A DNA stretch of 64,000 nt, from the IMG/VR virus record IMGVR_UViG_3300036792_000284, positions 1 to 64,000 of that record. The stretch is one strand, 5' to 3'. The notes under the pieces are model-generated. The model searched no databases, was not told where the DNA came from, and saw only the letters and a list, made by a program, of their open reading frames with translations. This document shows, in pieces, positions 37,840 through 47,082 of this stretch. Source of the stretch: a virus. Positions within the stretch are counted from its first letter, which is position 1; each line of letters opens with the position of its first letter. Both the position numbers and the translations under genes were made by a program.

Positions 37840-39066
37840 CTAGTCGATATTGCCGCCGCCCGCAGCGTTCCCAACCGATCCAGCCCAGTAACCGGCAGGA
37901 ACGGTCGGGCTGGCGGCGTTGGCGATGATGTTGGTGGCGACCAGCATCTGCTCCGGCCGGGTCACGATCGGCAGCATGTGCCATTCGAGCAGGTACTGCC
38001 GCGCGGACGGGTCCTTCTCTTTCCACGTCTTGGCGTACTTGCCCGTGAAGCCCTCGGGCGCCTCGTCGTCGGCGGTCGGACCAATCAGCAGCTCCACCGG
38101 CCGCTGGTCGGTGTAGTTGCCCATGTAGAGCTGGCCGTCCGGCACAAAAAACGTCAGGTTGCCGAGGTCGGACTCGAAGACCTGCTCGACGGTGTTCCAG
38201 GTGAGGCCCATGAAGCCGGTCATCAGGCCGGTCGAGTAGTACTCGTCCTTCATCCGGTCGCTCAGCATGGTCGCCGGAATCGACACGGTGGACGCCTGGG
38301 TCGCGGACACCCACGCCTCCATCAGGCCGGCCATGGTGACCGAGGTGGCGAAGACTTCCTTGGCCGGCACGCGCCCGTGCACCTGCAGCAGCCGCTTCCA
38401 GGACCGGACGTCCTCCATGATCTGGACCGGCGTGGCGTAGGTGATGGTCGGGCTGGTGCCGGCATTCAGCCGGGTGTTGGCCTGGCCGAGCGTCGCACCC
38501 GTCGGGTCGTTCGGCGTGCCAGCACCGGCACCGCCGGTGGTGTAGTACTTCAGCGCGGTGTTCGTGACCCACGGCGCGGCCGGGGTGACGAAGTGGGAGG
38601 CCGGGAACTTGTAGTCGACCGTTGCCTGGACGTCCGCGTAGTTGTACTGGATACCGCCGCCCAGAGCCTGCCAGCAGCTCCACTCCGCGAAATTGTCGAA
38701 CCTCATGTTGAGGTCGTTGATCTCCCGCAGCACCGCGCGCTCGGCGTTGATGCGGGCGATCTCGCCCGGCGTCCGCAGCCAGTGCAGGGTGGTGGGCTCG
38801 AAGACCTTCTTCTCGCGCAGGTAAATGAAGCTCGCGCTTTCCTGGCTGCGGCCGAGACGGCTGATGATGTGTGCCTCGGAGTTGGGCACGTTCGGCTTGG
38901 CGACCGCGCGCGAGCCCTTCACCACGTCCCAGGTAGCGCTCGGGAACGGCCACGGCGTCTGGTCGAGGCGGTTCAGGAGCATCAGGGTCTCGGGCGTTAC
39001 GAATTTCTCCACAACGCCGCGAAGGACCACAGGCTCAAGGAGGCTGATATCAGGAATTTGGCTCAC
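37840..39066 (-). CDS. Major capsid protein (HK97 fold, Mu gpT/lambda E-like)
   Basis: PDISLLEPVVLRGVVEK..EWSCWQAL..DYKFP..YAKTWKEKDPSARQYLLEWHMLP; follows protease and decoration genes; start GTG 39066 or ATT 39057. Confidence 0.85.
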   Translation of the reverse strand: MSQIPDISLLEPVVLRGVVEKFVTPETLMLLNRLDQTPWPFPSATWDVVKGSRAVAKPNVPNSEAHIISRLGRSQESASFIYLREKKVFEPTTLHWLRTPGEIARINAERAVLREINDLNMRFDNFAEWSCWQALGGGIQYNYADVQATVDYKFPASHFVTPAAPWVTNTALKYYTTGGAGAGTPNDPTGATLGQANTRLNAGTSPTITYATPVQIMEDVRSWKRLLQVHGRVPAKEVFATSVTMAGLMEAWVSATQASTVSIPATMLSDRMKDEYYSTGLMTGFMGLTWNTVEQVFESDLGNLTFFVPDGQLYMGNYTDQRPVELLIGPTADDEAPEGFTGKYAKTWKEKDPSARQYLLEWHMLPIVTRPEQMLVATNIIANAASPTVPAGYWAGSVGNAAGGGNID

Positions 39067-39206
39067 CCCTCCGGGCGTGTCGATGACAGGTCCTCGTGTC
39101 AGCGACACCCGAACGGGTGCCCGGCCTGCGCCGCTCCTTATCACAGGAGCCACCTGGCTGGCCTGGCCGCCGTGAGGCGGTTACCCGGTCTAATCGGATA
39201 CAAGGA

Positions 39207-39259
39207 AAGCACTGAGCCCCGGAGGGCGGGCTCCGGGGCTCAGCGGGGACGGCAGGAGG
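39207..39259. repeat. ~50-bp hairpin direct repeat, copy 1
   Basis: aagcactgagccccggag..tccggggctcagcggg.acggcaggagg; copy 2 at 39635. Confidence 0.85.
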
Positions 39260-39270
39260 ACCGCCGGCAA

Positions 39271-39615
39271 CTACGGCGCGGGCGCCGGCACGATGGCCGT
39301 AACCGAGGTGACCGCCGTGTCCAGGTTCTGCTGAGTCGCCGCGAGCGAAGCAACCGCAGCGTTGAGCGCCGTGGTGTCGACGGTCGCCGGAAGGGCCGCC
39401 AGGGCGGCCCTAATGTTCGTGACGTCAGTGCCCAACTGCGTGACCTGGGTCCCCACGTCGGTCATGGTGGCCTGGATCTGGGTGACTGCCGCGTTGATGT
39501 CGTCCTGCGCCGCCATAACAGCTCCTAGTCTGCTGTCAACTTGTGACAGCCGCCGGTTAAGCCGCTGCTCCATGTCCCGGAGCGCAGCCTGAAGAGTCCT
39601 CCACGGAACCCACAC
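39271..39615 (-). CDS. Coiled-coil hypothetical protein between direct repeats
   Basis: AAQDDINAAVTQIQ..TALNAAVASLAATQQNLD heptads; CCGATAGC-N6-GTG. Confidence 0.6.
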   Translation of the reverse strand: MWVPWRTLQAALRDMEQRLNRRLSQVDSRLGAVMAAQDDINAAVTQIQATMTDVGTQVTQLGTDVTNIRAALAALPATVDTTALNAAVASLAATQQNLDTAVTSVTAIVPAPAP

Positions 39616-39634
39616 GCCCGGGCTATCGGCCCGC

Positions 39635-39685
39635 AAGCACTGAGCCCCGGAGGGGGATTCCGGGGCTCAGCGGGACGGCAGGAGG
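39635..39685. repeat. ~50-bp hairpin direct repeat, copy 2
   Basis: See copy 1 at 39207. Confidence 0.85.
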
Positions 39686-39690
39686 CGCCG

Positions 39691-40017
39691 TCAGATTCTC
39701 CCGATAAGCGTCAGCTTGGTGGTGGTCGCGTCGGCCGCCGCCTGCACCACGTTCACCCGGAAGTACGGGCTGATGATGCTGAACGGCGTGCCGCTGGTCA
39801 CCGTGTATGCCAGGTCCGCGTCCACAGTCACCCCGTCGAAGCTGCCCTGCACCGTGACCGTGGTCGTGCCGCCTGCCACGGCCCACCACAGCAGCGCCTG
39901 GCTGATGGCTTTCGAGTCCTCCACCTGGCTGGACAGCTCGAACCACGGCGAGTTAAGCGTGCCGACTGCCTGCGTAAGCGGCGGCCCGCTGTAAGCCCAC
40001 AGCAGCCCGTCAGGCAT
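39691..40017 (-). CDS. Putative head-associated structural protein
   Basis: TVTVQGSFDGVT..PYFRV beta pattern. Confidence 0.6.
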   Translation of the reverse strand: MPDGLLWAYSGPPLTQAVGTLNSPWFELSSQVEDSKAISQALLWWAVAGGTTTVTVQGSFDGVTVDADLAYTVTSGTPFSIISPYFRVNVVQAAADATTTKLTLIGRI

Positions 40018-40700
40018 CAGAAGATGAAGGCGTTCACGCCGACGCCGGTCGGCACCGTACCGTTGGCGGCCACCGGGATGCCGTCCATCGGGCCGCCGGG
40101 GAACGCCGCCGGGGTGCCAGCAACCGAGCCGCCGTAAGGCACGTACCGGGCGCCGAGCAGCTGCAGCGCCTGGCCCGCACCGGAGCCGAGGCCCTGACCG
40201 TTGATGATGTTGGTCGTGTCGGTGCCGGACACCAGGTTGCCGTTGAGCATGCCGCGAACCACCATGTTGCCCTGCGCGTCGACCGGCACCTTGCCCGCCG
40301 GGCTGGCCGGGAACACGACAGTGCCGCCGGCTAGCGTGATGCCGTCCGGGTTCACGCCGTTGACGTTGCTGTTGTAGTTGGCCAGCGAGGCGGCGCCGGG
40401 GCCGCCGGTGTCGCGGGCATCACGCAGCACGCCGACCGGCAGAGCCCGGCCGTCGGTGGCGCCGCTGTTGTAGGAGAAGTACCTGCCCGATGCGGTGTGA
40501 CGCGCGATCACGCACCCGGTCGGGAGCACGCCCTGTCCGGCCGCCAGCGTGACACCCCGCTGGGTGAAGCCGGCGTAGGACAGCAGGAGTTCCTGAACGA
40601 CTTCAGCGTGGAACTCGTCGCCGTACGGCTGGCCGTACTCGTGGGTCGGCTTGACATACCCGGGGGTGTAGTCAAACTCGGTGCTGTCGTTGGCTGGCAT
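40017..40700 (-). CDS. Head decoration protein (lambda D-like)
   Basis: RGVTLAAGQGVLPTGCVI..Y..Y...DG...GVL motif; between scaffold and MCP. Confidence 0.75.
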   Translation of the reverse strand: MPANDSTEFDYTPGYVKPTHEYGQPYGDEFHAEVVQELLLSYAGFTQRGVTLAAGQGVLPTGCVIARHTASGRYFSYNSGATDGRALPVGVLRDARDTGGPGAASLANYNSNVNGVNPDGITLAGGTVVFPASPAGKVPVDAQGNMVVRGMLNGNLVSGTDTTNIINGQGLGSGAGQALQLLGARYVPYGGSVAGTPAAFPGGPMDGIPVAANGTVPTGVGVNAFIF

Positions 40701-40730
40701 CTGCCGCGCTCCTCGTCGCTAAAAGCCCGG

Positions 40731-41852
40731 TTACTTCCGGGTACCGTTCGGCGTGAAGAACTGGCTGTGCTCCGCCGTCAGCTTGGCCACTTCGGCGTCG
40801 ATGTCCTGCTCGTGCTTCTGCTCGCCGTCGGGGCCGCCGATGCCCGTCTGGACCGAGAGCTGCACGTAAGGGCGGTCGGCGGGGGCGAGGATCGCATCCA
40901 GGCCCGCACGGTTGGACAGCGCCATCTCGATGCCGACTTCGCGGGTCTTGGGCAGCAGCCGCCCGGTGCTGATGTAGCCGTCCACCTCGGTCTCGGCAGC
41001 CGCGAGCTTCAGCTCGTCCACCGTCGAGTGCAGGCTCTTGTTGTCGGCGGCCAGCTCCACCACCGCGGCGGTGACGTCGGACAGGCTCACCTGGCCCGGG
41101 TCGGCGGACAGCTGGATCGCGCCCGAGTCCTTGAGCGCCTGCGCGACGGCGGTGGTCAGCGCGGTCATGTCCGGAGCGGGGACCACGGCAGCAGCAGAAG
41201 CCTGCAGAGCCGTAACATCGATCCCGTGCTGCTCCTTCAGCTGAGCGAGCAGCTCTTCCTTGGTAAGCGGCACGGTTTCCTCCGGCGCGGCAGTCAGTAC
41301 GACAACTTCGCCGGGATTATCGGCGGAGGCCGCGAGGACCTCCTTGTAGTCGTCCAGCCCGGTGACGTAGGGCCGGTTGGTGACCGCGACGTGCAGCAGG
41401 GTGGGGCCGGCCTTCTTGCCGGTGGAGCTGTCGGTGTAGTCCGTGCTCAGGTACGCGCTCGCGCCGAGGTAGGTCTTGCCGAACTTCTCCGCGTCCTGGC
41501 GCGCGTCGATGAGCGCGTACACCTTGTTGTCGCGCGAGCGGATGCCTACGACCTCACCGAGATTGGCGGCCGGGCCCTCAACATGCTCGTTGCGGTCGTT
41601 CGCGAGCGGGACCTGCACGATGTCGCACACGCCTTTGGCGAAGTTGTCCTGCATCTGCGACACGAAGCTGCTGTCGATGCGGATCTTCTCGCCGGTCTTC
41701 GGGTGAATGAGGTCACCCATGTTCAGGATGTGCTTCTCGTACAGCTTTCCCTGCACCCGGCGCGACCGCGCGAGAGCCACCGGGACGTCAGTCACCGGCT
41801 GGTAGGTGTCACCGCCGGGGGCCGGCACGATATAACGCAGGTCATCGCCCAT
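40731..41852 (-). CDS. Prohead protease/scaffold (Mu I-like)
   Basis: GPTLLHVAVTNRPYVTGL protease motif plus C-terminal scaffold. Confidence 0.8.
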   Translation of the reverse strand: MGDDLRYIVPAPGGDTYQPVTDVPVALARSRRVQGKLYEKHILNMGDLIHPKTGEKIRIDSSFVSQMQDNFAKGVCDIVQVPLANDRNEHVEGPAANLGEVVGIRSRDNKVYALIDARQDAEKFGKTYLGASAYLSTDYTDSSTGKKAGPTLLHVAVTNRPYVTGLDDYKEVLAASADNPGEVVVLTAAPEETVPLTKEELLAQLKEQHGIDVTALQASAAAVVPAPDMTALTTAVAQALKDSGAIQLSADPGQVSLSDVTAAVVELAADNKSLHSTVDELKLAAAETEVDGYISTGRLLPKTREVGIEMALSNRAGLDAILAPADRPYVQLSVQTGIGGPDGEQKHEQDIDAEVAKLTAEHSQFFTPNGTRK

Positions 41853-41867
41853 GGCCCCCTAATCGGA

Positions 41868-42074
41868 TTAACGGGCCTCCGGGGCGAACGCCCTCACCAA
41901 GACCGCGGCCTCCACCAGCACCCGGGAGGCCTCCTCCGGGTTCGTCTCGGCCAGAGCGCGGCCCTCCCGCACCTTCTCCTCCGCCTCGGTCAGCCCGGCG
42001 TCGTGCAGGAACTGGGCCATCCTGTCAAGCTGCGCGAGCACCTCGCCGTCGGGGCGGGGCTCCTTGCTTCTCAC
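41868..42074 (-). CDS. Hypothetical protein
   Basis: ORF track, coupled. Confidence 0.5.
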   Translation of the reverse strand: MRSKEPRPDGEVLAQLDRMAQFLHDAGLTEAEEKVREGRALAETNPEEASRVLVEAAVLVRAFAPEAR

Positions 42075-42199
42075 GGCGTGACCTCCGGCTCCGGCGCAGG
42101 CGGGGGCTCCTCAGCAGGAGGGGTCTCCGCCTCCCCCTCGCCCGGCTCGGGCACGTCGCGGAACGCCCACTCCTCGCGGGTCACCCAGTCGCTGTCCAC
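42071..42199 (-). CDS. Small acidic hypothetical protein (42 aa)
   Basis: CCGATTAG-N6-GTG; GTGA overlap. Confidence 0.5.
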   Translation of the reverse strand: MDSDWVTREEWAFRDVPEPGEGEAETPPAEEPPPAPEPEVTP

Positions 42200-42205
42200 A
42201 TGCCG

Positions 42206-42442
42206 CTAATCGGGCTGGTACTCCGCCAGGCCCGGGATGCCGGCCAGCACCCCGGCCGCGTGCGCCAGGTCCTCCTCGCTACCGGAGACGGTCAGGCCGC
42301 CGTCGGTCATCGCCTTGGTGTCCAGCGGTCCGAAGACGTAGTTGACGTGACGGTTGGCCCGCGCGTGCTCGAATAGCGCGATAGCTGCCAGTGCGTAAGA
42401 GGCGGTCGTGTCCGCGAACCACTGGCTCGTCTTGTCAGCCAC
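42206..42442 (-). CDS. Hypothetical protein
   Basis: ORF track. Confidence 0.55.
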   Translation of the reverse strand: MADKTSQWFADTTASYALAAIALFEHARANRHVNYVFGPLDTKAMTDGGLTVSGSEEDLAHAAGVLAGIPGLAEYQPD

Positions 42443-43445
42443 CGCCCCCTGCCAGCCTCTTCAGGACCTGGTCCAGTTCGTAGACAGCCGCCTGCAGGAA
42501 AGCGAGGTCGGCCTCGTACTCGTCGGCGGGCATGTCCCGGATGTCGTCCGCCGACAGGAATCCTGCAGGCACTCCGGGGTCATCCCCCGCAGGTACTTCG
42601 GCAACGGTCCCGACCCGCACGATTTCGAGTCGGCAGTGGCAGAACGGGTGCAGCAGCGGGCCCTGGAGCCTTCCCCGGTACGGCCGGGGCGGCTGCGTGT
42701 AGATGATCCTAGCCCCTGCGGGCAGGCCGTACTTCCGCGTTCCGGCCGGCGTCGCCACGCGCCGCTCGCGGGACTGCGGCATCGCCACCGCGCTGCCCAG
42801 GTAGGGGGCGAACGACTCGCGCAGCCCGATCGTTACCCCGTGCAGCCGCCGACACCAGAAGCAGCAGGTCGGGCTCTCGACGCGCGCCTTCCACCGCTTC
42901 ATCAGGCGCTCGCCGGCGGCCTCGCGGGCCAGCGCGCCCTCCAGCACCGCGGCGGTGCGCCCGGCCGCCTGCGCCGTATGCGCGGCCATCCGGGCGCGCA
43001 GCGCGGCCTGGCGCCCCCAGCCGAGCAGGGCGTCCCGCACCGCGTCGGCCCGCTCCTCGGCCGCCCGCTGCGACGGGTGCTCGCCCGGGCTGTGGACCCC
43101 GCGGATGAACTGACGCTGCGGGACCGAGGCATGCGCGTGCCGGACTAGCCCGTGCAGGTGGGGGAGGTTCTCGAAGATGCGCCCGATGTCGTCCAGCAGG
43201 TGGCGCAGCACCGCGTCGTCGCCAGCCGGGGCACCCTCGGCGGACCAGGCCTGGCGGACTACGTCCTCGGTCGCCGCGCGTGCCTGGTCCAGGCCCTGCC
43301 GCAGCACCGCGTCGGTGTCCGGCCGGGCCAGCAGTGCGTCCGCCGACCCGAGCGGGTTGGTGCGGGTGACCAGCGCGAGGTAGCCGGCCGCCTCAGCCAT
43401 CGCCTGGCGGACGGCGGCAGCCAGTTGCTGACCGAGGTCCGCCAC
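42435..43445 (-). CDS. Minor head morphogenesis protein (Mu gpF/SPP1 gp7-like)
   Basis: KRWKAR..TCCFWCRRLHG..PLLHPFCHCRL; start GTG 43445 after CCGATTGG-N6. Confidence 0.8.
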   Translation of the reverse strand: MADLGQQLAAAVRQAMAEAAGYLALVTRTNPLGSADALLARPDTDAVLRQGLDQARAATEDVVRQAWSAEGAPAGDDAVLRHLLDDIGRIFENLPHLHGLVRHAHASVPQRQFIRGVHSPGEHPSQRAAEERADAVRDALLGWGRQAALRARMAAHTAQAAGRTAAVLEGALAREAAGERLMKRWKARVESPTCCFWCRRLHGVTIGLRESFAPYLGSAVAMPQSRERRVATPAGTRKYGLPAGARIIYTQPPRPYRGRLQGPLLHPFCHCRLEIVRVGTVAEVPAGDDPGVPAGFLSADDIRDMPADEYEADLAFLQAAVYELDQVLKRLAGGGG

Positions 43446-43459
43446 TGCCCGCCAATCGG

Positions 43460-43762
43460 CTACCTGCCGAAGAGAATCCGCCGGGCTAGCCGGAGCCGGA
43501 AGCGGAAAGAGGTGCCGGCCGTGCAGACCCAGGCGATGCCGGCAGCCAGCTCGGCCTGGCCGTGCTCCGGGTGCAGCCGGGCCGCGGCCTCCAGGTAATC
43601 GCGCACCTCCCGCGCCCCTGCGTTCAGCCCCTCGTTCCTGGCATCGTCCTGTGCCAGCGCCCCGGCCAGCCACTCCGGCGACGGGCTAGGCACCGGGTGC
43701 CTGCTGTCCCGGCGGCGGAGCGAGCTGGAGGTGGGCGTAGGCCAGTCCGGAGATAGTGTCAC
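43460..43762 (-). CDS. Hypothetical protein
   Basis: ORF track. Confidence 0.45.
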   Translation of the reverse strand: MTLSPDWPTPTSSSLRRRDSRHPVPSPSPEWLAGALAQDDARNEGLNAGAREVRDYLEAAARLHPEHGQAELAAGIAWVCTAGTSFRFRLRLARRILFGR

Positions 43763-43940
43763 CCGGAAATGATGCCAGGTGCTGGCCGAGCTGCGGGTAC
43801 ACGGCGGCGGGCCCCTTCGGGGCGGGGCGGGGCGGCTGCGGGCCGGGCGTCATCCCGGCGGCCAGCTCCACGGCCATGCCGGCGGCAATCTCCTCTACCA
43901 GGTCGCGGGCGAGCGCCACCATGGCGTCATGCGCGCTCAC
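43686..43940 (-). CDS. Hypothetical protein
   Basis: GTGA overlap with portal stop. Confidence 0.5.
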   Translation of the reverse strand: MSAHDAMVALARDLVEEIAAGMAVELAAGMTPGPQPPRPAPKGPAAVYPQLGQHLASFPGDTISGLAYAHLQLAPPPGQQAPGA

Positions 43941-45491
43941 GACCCGCCCAGCCCGTTACCCTTGGTGGTCTGCCCGACGACGCTGCCGCCCGACGCCGAG
44001 GTGCCGGTGCCGGTCGGGTGAGCGGTGGTGGGGATCTTGACGGTGATGGCGGGCGGCTGGGCGCCGCCGGAGCCCCGGCCCGCGCCCTGCACCTGGGCCG
44101 GGTTCGCCGCGGCGGCCTGCGCCTGCTTCTGGGCGGCCTGCTGCATGACCTGCGCCTGCTTCTCCCGGTCGGCCTCGACCTGGTCGTAGTCGATGTCGAA
44201 CCCGAAGTTCTGAGCCATCCGCGATTCCAGGTGCAGCATGAACTCGGGGGTGACGTTCGCCTGCGGGCCGGCGGTCGCCAGCTTGTCGAACGTGTCCTGG
44301 ATGGCGGCCTTGGCCTCCTCGGTCAGCGGGCCCCACTTGAACTGCGGGTACTTGCCGGAGCCGAAATTCCAGTCGACGAACCGCGGGAAGATGTGGTCGT
44401 TGATGACCTGCGCCATCTCCTCCAGGATGCCCTCAAGCATCAGGAAGAACGTGACGTCGTCCTGCTTGCCGAAGTCGACCAGGGTGCTGTCCCCCTGGCC
44501 GCCGCCCTGCTCGTTGTCGAACCACTGCGCAAGCACCGACTTGGACATCTGGCTGTTGTGGTGGTTGATCAGGCCGAGGAAGTCAAAGCGCGACGCGGAC
44601 TCATTCAACGTCTGCACCGTCCAGTCGGCGGTGGGCAGCGCGATGTACTGGGCGAGCCCGAGCTGGCTCAGCGCCCTGACGAAGTTGTTCTTGTCCTGCG
44701 TGGGGGCGTTCGGCACCATCGTGCCCACCCGCAGGCCGACCGCGGCCCTTTGCGCAGCCAGGTGGGCGATGTAGTAGAGCTTCTCCTTCTTGTCGTAGTG
44801 GTAGAACGCCGACTCGAACATGGACACGCCGTAGAACGGCCTTTCGGCCTCCTCGTGCGCGTAGTACAGCGCGGTTTCCTTCTCGATCTTGACGTCGATG
44901 GTGCGGCCCTGGAAGAAGGTCCTCTGCCGGAAGCCGTTGAACTCGCCCTGGCCGTCGAGCAGGAACGTGAGGGTCTCGCTCGGGCGCCAGTCGATCTTGC
45001 GCAACGTGTACTTGCCCTTGTTCGGCCCGGTCTTCGGCTGCCAGTAGACCATCTCCCAGGCGCTGAACCCGTTGAACAAGGCCAGCAGCATCTGCTTGAC
45101 GAACTTGTCGAAGCTGTGGGTCATGCCGCCCTGCGACCGCGGGGCGAACAGCAGGTCCTTGCAGAACTGCGCTTCCTTGGTGCCGCCGGCCTGGCCGTCG
45201 ATGGGCACCACGTCGGCGTTCTTCATCGCGGACAGCAGCGGCTTGGTCAGCAGCCGGTACAGCGCCCGGGCCTGGCCGTCGCGCCGTCGCATGGTGACCA
45301 GCTGGCGGATGCTGACCGGGTCGTCACGGAAGACTTCCCACGAGTCGCGGTACGGGGTCGCGAACGGCAGGAAGTACGGGACACCCGTGGCAAAGCTGAG
45401 TGCTTCCGGGGGCGGCTGCGGCAGCGCCTGCTCATCCTGGAGGACGTAGCCCTCCTGGCCGTAACCCTGCGTGGTCTAAGGTGACGCCCAT
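43937..45491 (-). CDS. Portal protein (Mu gp29/DUF935-like); N-terminus predicted via a +4-nt hop at ACC-TTAG-ACC
   Basis: ALFNGFSAWEMV..RPFYGVSMFESAF..HNSQMSKSVLAQ motifs; ~60 coding-like codons upstream of ATG 45292 bounded by an in-frame TAG. Confidence 0.85.
45473..45482 (-). other. Translational bypass element ACC|TTAG|ACC
   Basis: Matched Thr codons flanking a TTA-led 4-nt gap at codon 4-5 of portal. Confidence 0.65.
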
Positions 45492-45586
45492 TCCTCCGGG
45501 CGGCTGCACGCTAGCGGTGTACGAACCTTGTCCCGAACCTGGGGTCGTCATTCGGCATCACCTCCTCGCAGACAGGAGGCGGTGCC

Positions 45587-46351
45587 TCAGAGCTGCATGA
45601 CATCTCCCGTCTGATCGGAGGCAAGTTGCGCGGCTACCGCGGCAGGCAGTTCTTCCCAGGCGTGCTCTGGACGCTTAAAGTGACACGACTCGCACAACGT
45701 CACCAGCCAGCGCAGATCGTTCACCGGCCGGAACCGGAACGGGATGATGTGGTGGACGTGCAGCTTCTGCGCCGAGAAGTCAGTTAGCCCGCAGTCCTGG
45801 CAGGTATAGCCGTCGCGTTCAAGCGCCTGGCCCCGGACCTCCAGCCAGTCGCTGCCTCGGTAGGTGGGTGCGTAGTTGCCTGCGCACCAGCGCCAGTGCT
45901 GCGCTCCGCGCTGAGCCCCGCGCACAATTCCCCGCAGCGAGGCCTCGCTGTAGACGGAACCGAGCTTCTTTCCCGTGCGCCGGGCCACTTCCACCAGCGG
46001 CAGAGACGTATCCCGCAAGAGGGCAAGCTCTTCCTCAGACCAGCCAGGACGGCGCACCACACCATGCCGGGACGCCATGGCCTTGACTGCATCCGGCGTC
46101 CTGCTCGTAGTCCGAGCCACCTCGGCAATGGACAGCGATACATCGCGCAGCAGCTCCAACTCGGCATCGGTCCACGGATTGTCGTCTCCGCGCTTCAGCC
46201 CTACTCCGACCCGAAACGAGCGATCGATGCCCAACCGGATAGCCTTGTGCTCCACCGCCACCAACGAACGCCCGGTCCGCTCGGCGACCTCGGCCAGCGT
46301 CAGTGACGTGTCCCGCAGCAGGGCCAGCTCGTCTTCAGCCCAGCGCGACAC
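45587..46351 (-). CDS. HNH endonuclease with three N-terminal Myb/HTH-like repeats
   Basis: W.E.EL.LLRD.SL...EVAR.TG x3; LERDGYTCQDCG..LHVHHI..N...LVTLCESCH. Confidence 0.85.
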   Translation of the reverse strand: MSRWAEDELALLRDTSLTLAEVAERTGRSLVAVEHKAIRLGIDRSFRVGVGLKRGDDNPWTDAELELLRDVSLSIAEVARTTSRTPDAVKAMASRHGVVRRPGWSEEELALLRDTSLPLVEVARRTGKKLGSVYSEASLRGIVRGAQRGAQHWRWCAGNYAPTYRGSDWLEVRGQALERDGYTCQDCGLTDFSAQKLHVHHIIPFRFRPVNDLRWLVTLCESCHFKRPEHAWEELPAAVAAQLASDQTGDVMQL

Positions 46352-46568
46352 GGACCAGTTCCAGCTTGCGCTCCGCCTCGCGAGCCCGCCGCTCCCAGTC
46401 CTCGCCGCCAACGGCCAGGTCCTGCTGCGCGGCAGTACTAATCAGGCCACGGAGGAAGTCCAGCGGCGGCGTTTCCCCGCGCATCCTCTCAATGGCCGCG
46501 AGCATGTCATCGCTGACCTTGAGGCCGATGAGGTTACGGTAACTACCAGGCTCCAGGTTTCTTGTCAC
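46335..46568 (-). CDS. Small DNA-binding/antitoxin-like protein (RHH-like)
   Basis: LIGLKVSDDMLAAIERMRG..DFLRGLI; leaderless from consensus promoter. Confidence 0.5.
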   Translation of the reverse strand: MTRNLEPGSYRNLIGLKVSDDMLAAIERMRGETPPLDFLRGLISTAAQQDLAVGGEDWERRAREAERKLELVRVALG

Positions 46569-46574
46569 CAGTCA

Positions 46575-46603
46575 AGTATAACGGATAACCGGAAACCTGT
46601 AAA
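46575..46603 (-). promoter_or_regulatory. Housekeeping-type promoter TTTACA-17-TATACT, 6 nt before GTG (leaderless)
   Basis: Read directly. Confidence 0.75.
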
Positions 46604-46613
46604 CCTAAAGAGG

Positions 46614-46997
46614 TTACTTCCCGGCGCGGCGCTGGGCGGCGGCCTTGTCCTGGCCCTCGCCCTTGCCGGCGTCCTCGCCCTGGCCGGGATCGAGGTCCTC
46701 GCCGGCGTCGCCCTTGCCCTGCCCGGCCCTGCCGCGGCGGGCCGACTCCACAGGCGCGTCGATCATGCCGGCCAGGTTGCCTGCGGCGACGAACAGGTGC
46801 CGCCCGTCGGGGAGCAGCAACTGCACCCCGATCAGGTTGCCAGCCTCGGCCGCGATGGTCACGTCATTGCTCGGCACGGTGACCTCGCCGACGCCGCCGA
46901 CCGGCTGCACGAGGGTGACGACGACGTCGCCCTGCTGTGCGCCGGGCGCGTTGCCAGCCGCGGCCATGAACTGGTGCCACATCCCCTGAAGGTGCAT
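46614..46997 (-). CDS. Hypothetical protein
   Basis: CCGATTGC-N6-ATG. Confidence 0.6.
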   Translation of the reverse strand: MHLQGMWHQFMAAAGNAPGAQQGDVVVTLVQPVGGVGEVTVPSNDVTIAAEAGNLIGVQLLLPDGRHLFVAAGNLAGMIDAPVESARRGRAGQGKGDAGEDLDPGQGEDAGKGEGQDKAAAQRRAGK

Positions 46998-47082
46998 GCC
47001 GGGGCAATCGGAAAAGCGCGCAGCCCCCGGCGTCACTGCCGGGGGCTGCGCAGGTGGAGCTATTCAGTTGTCACCAGGCTGG

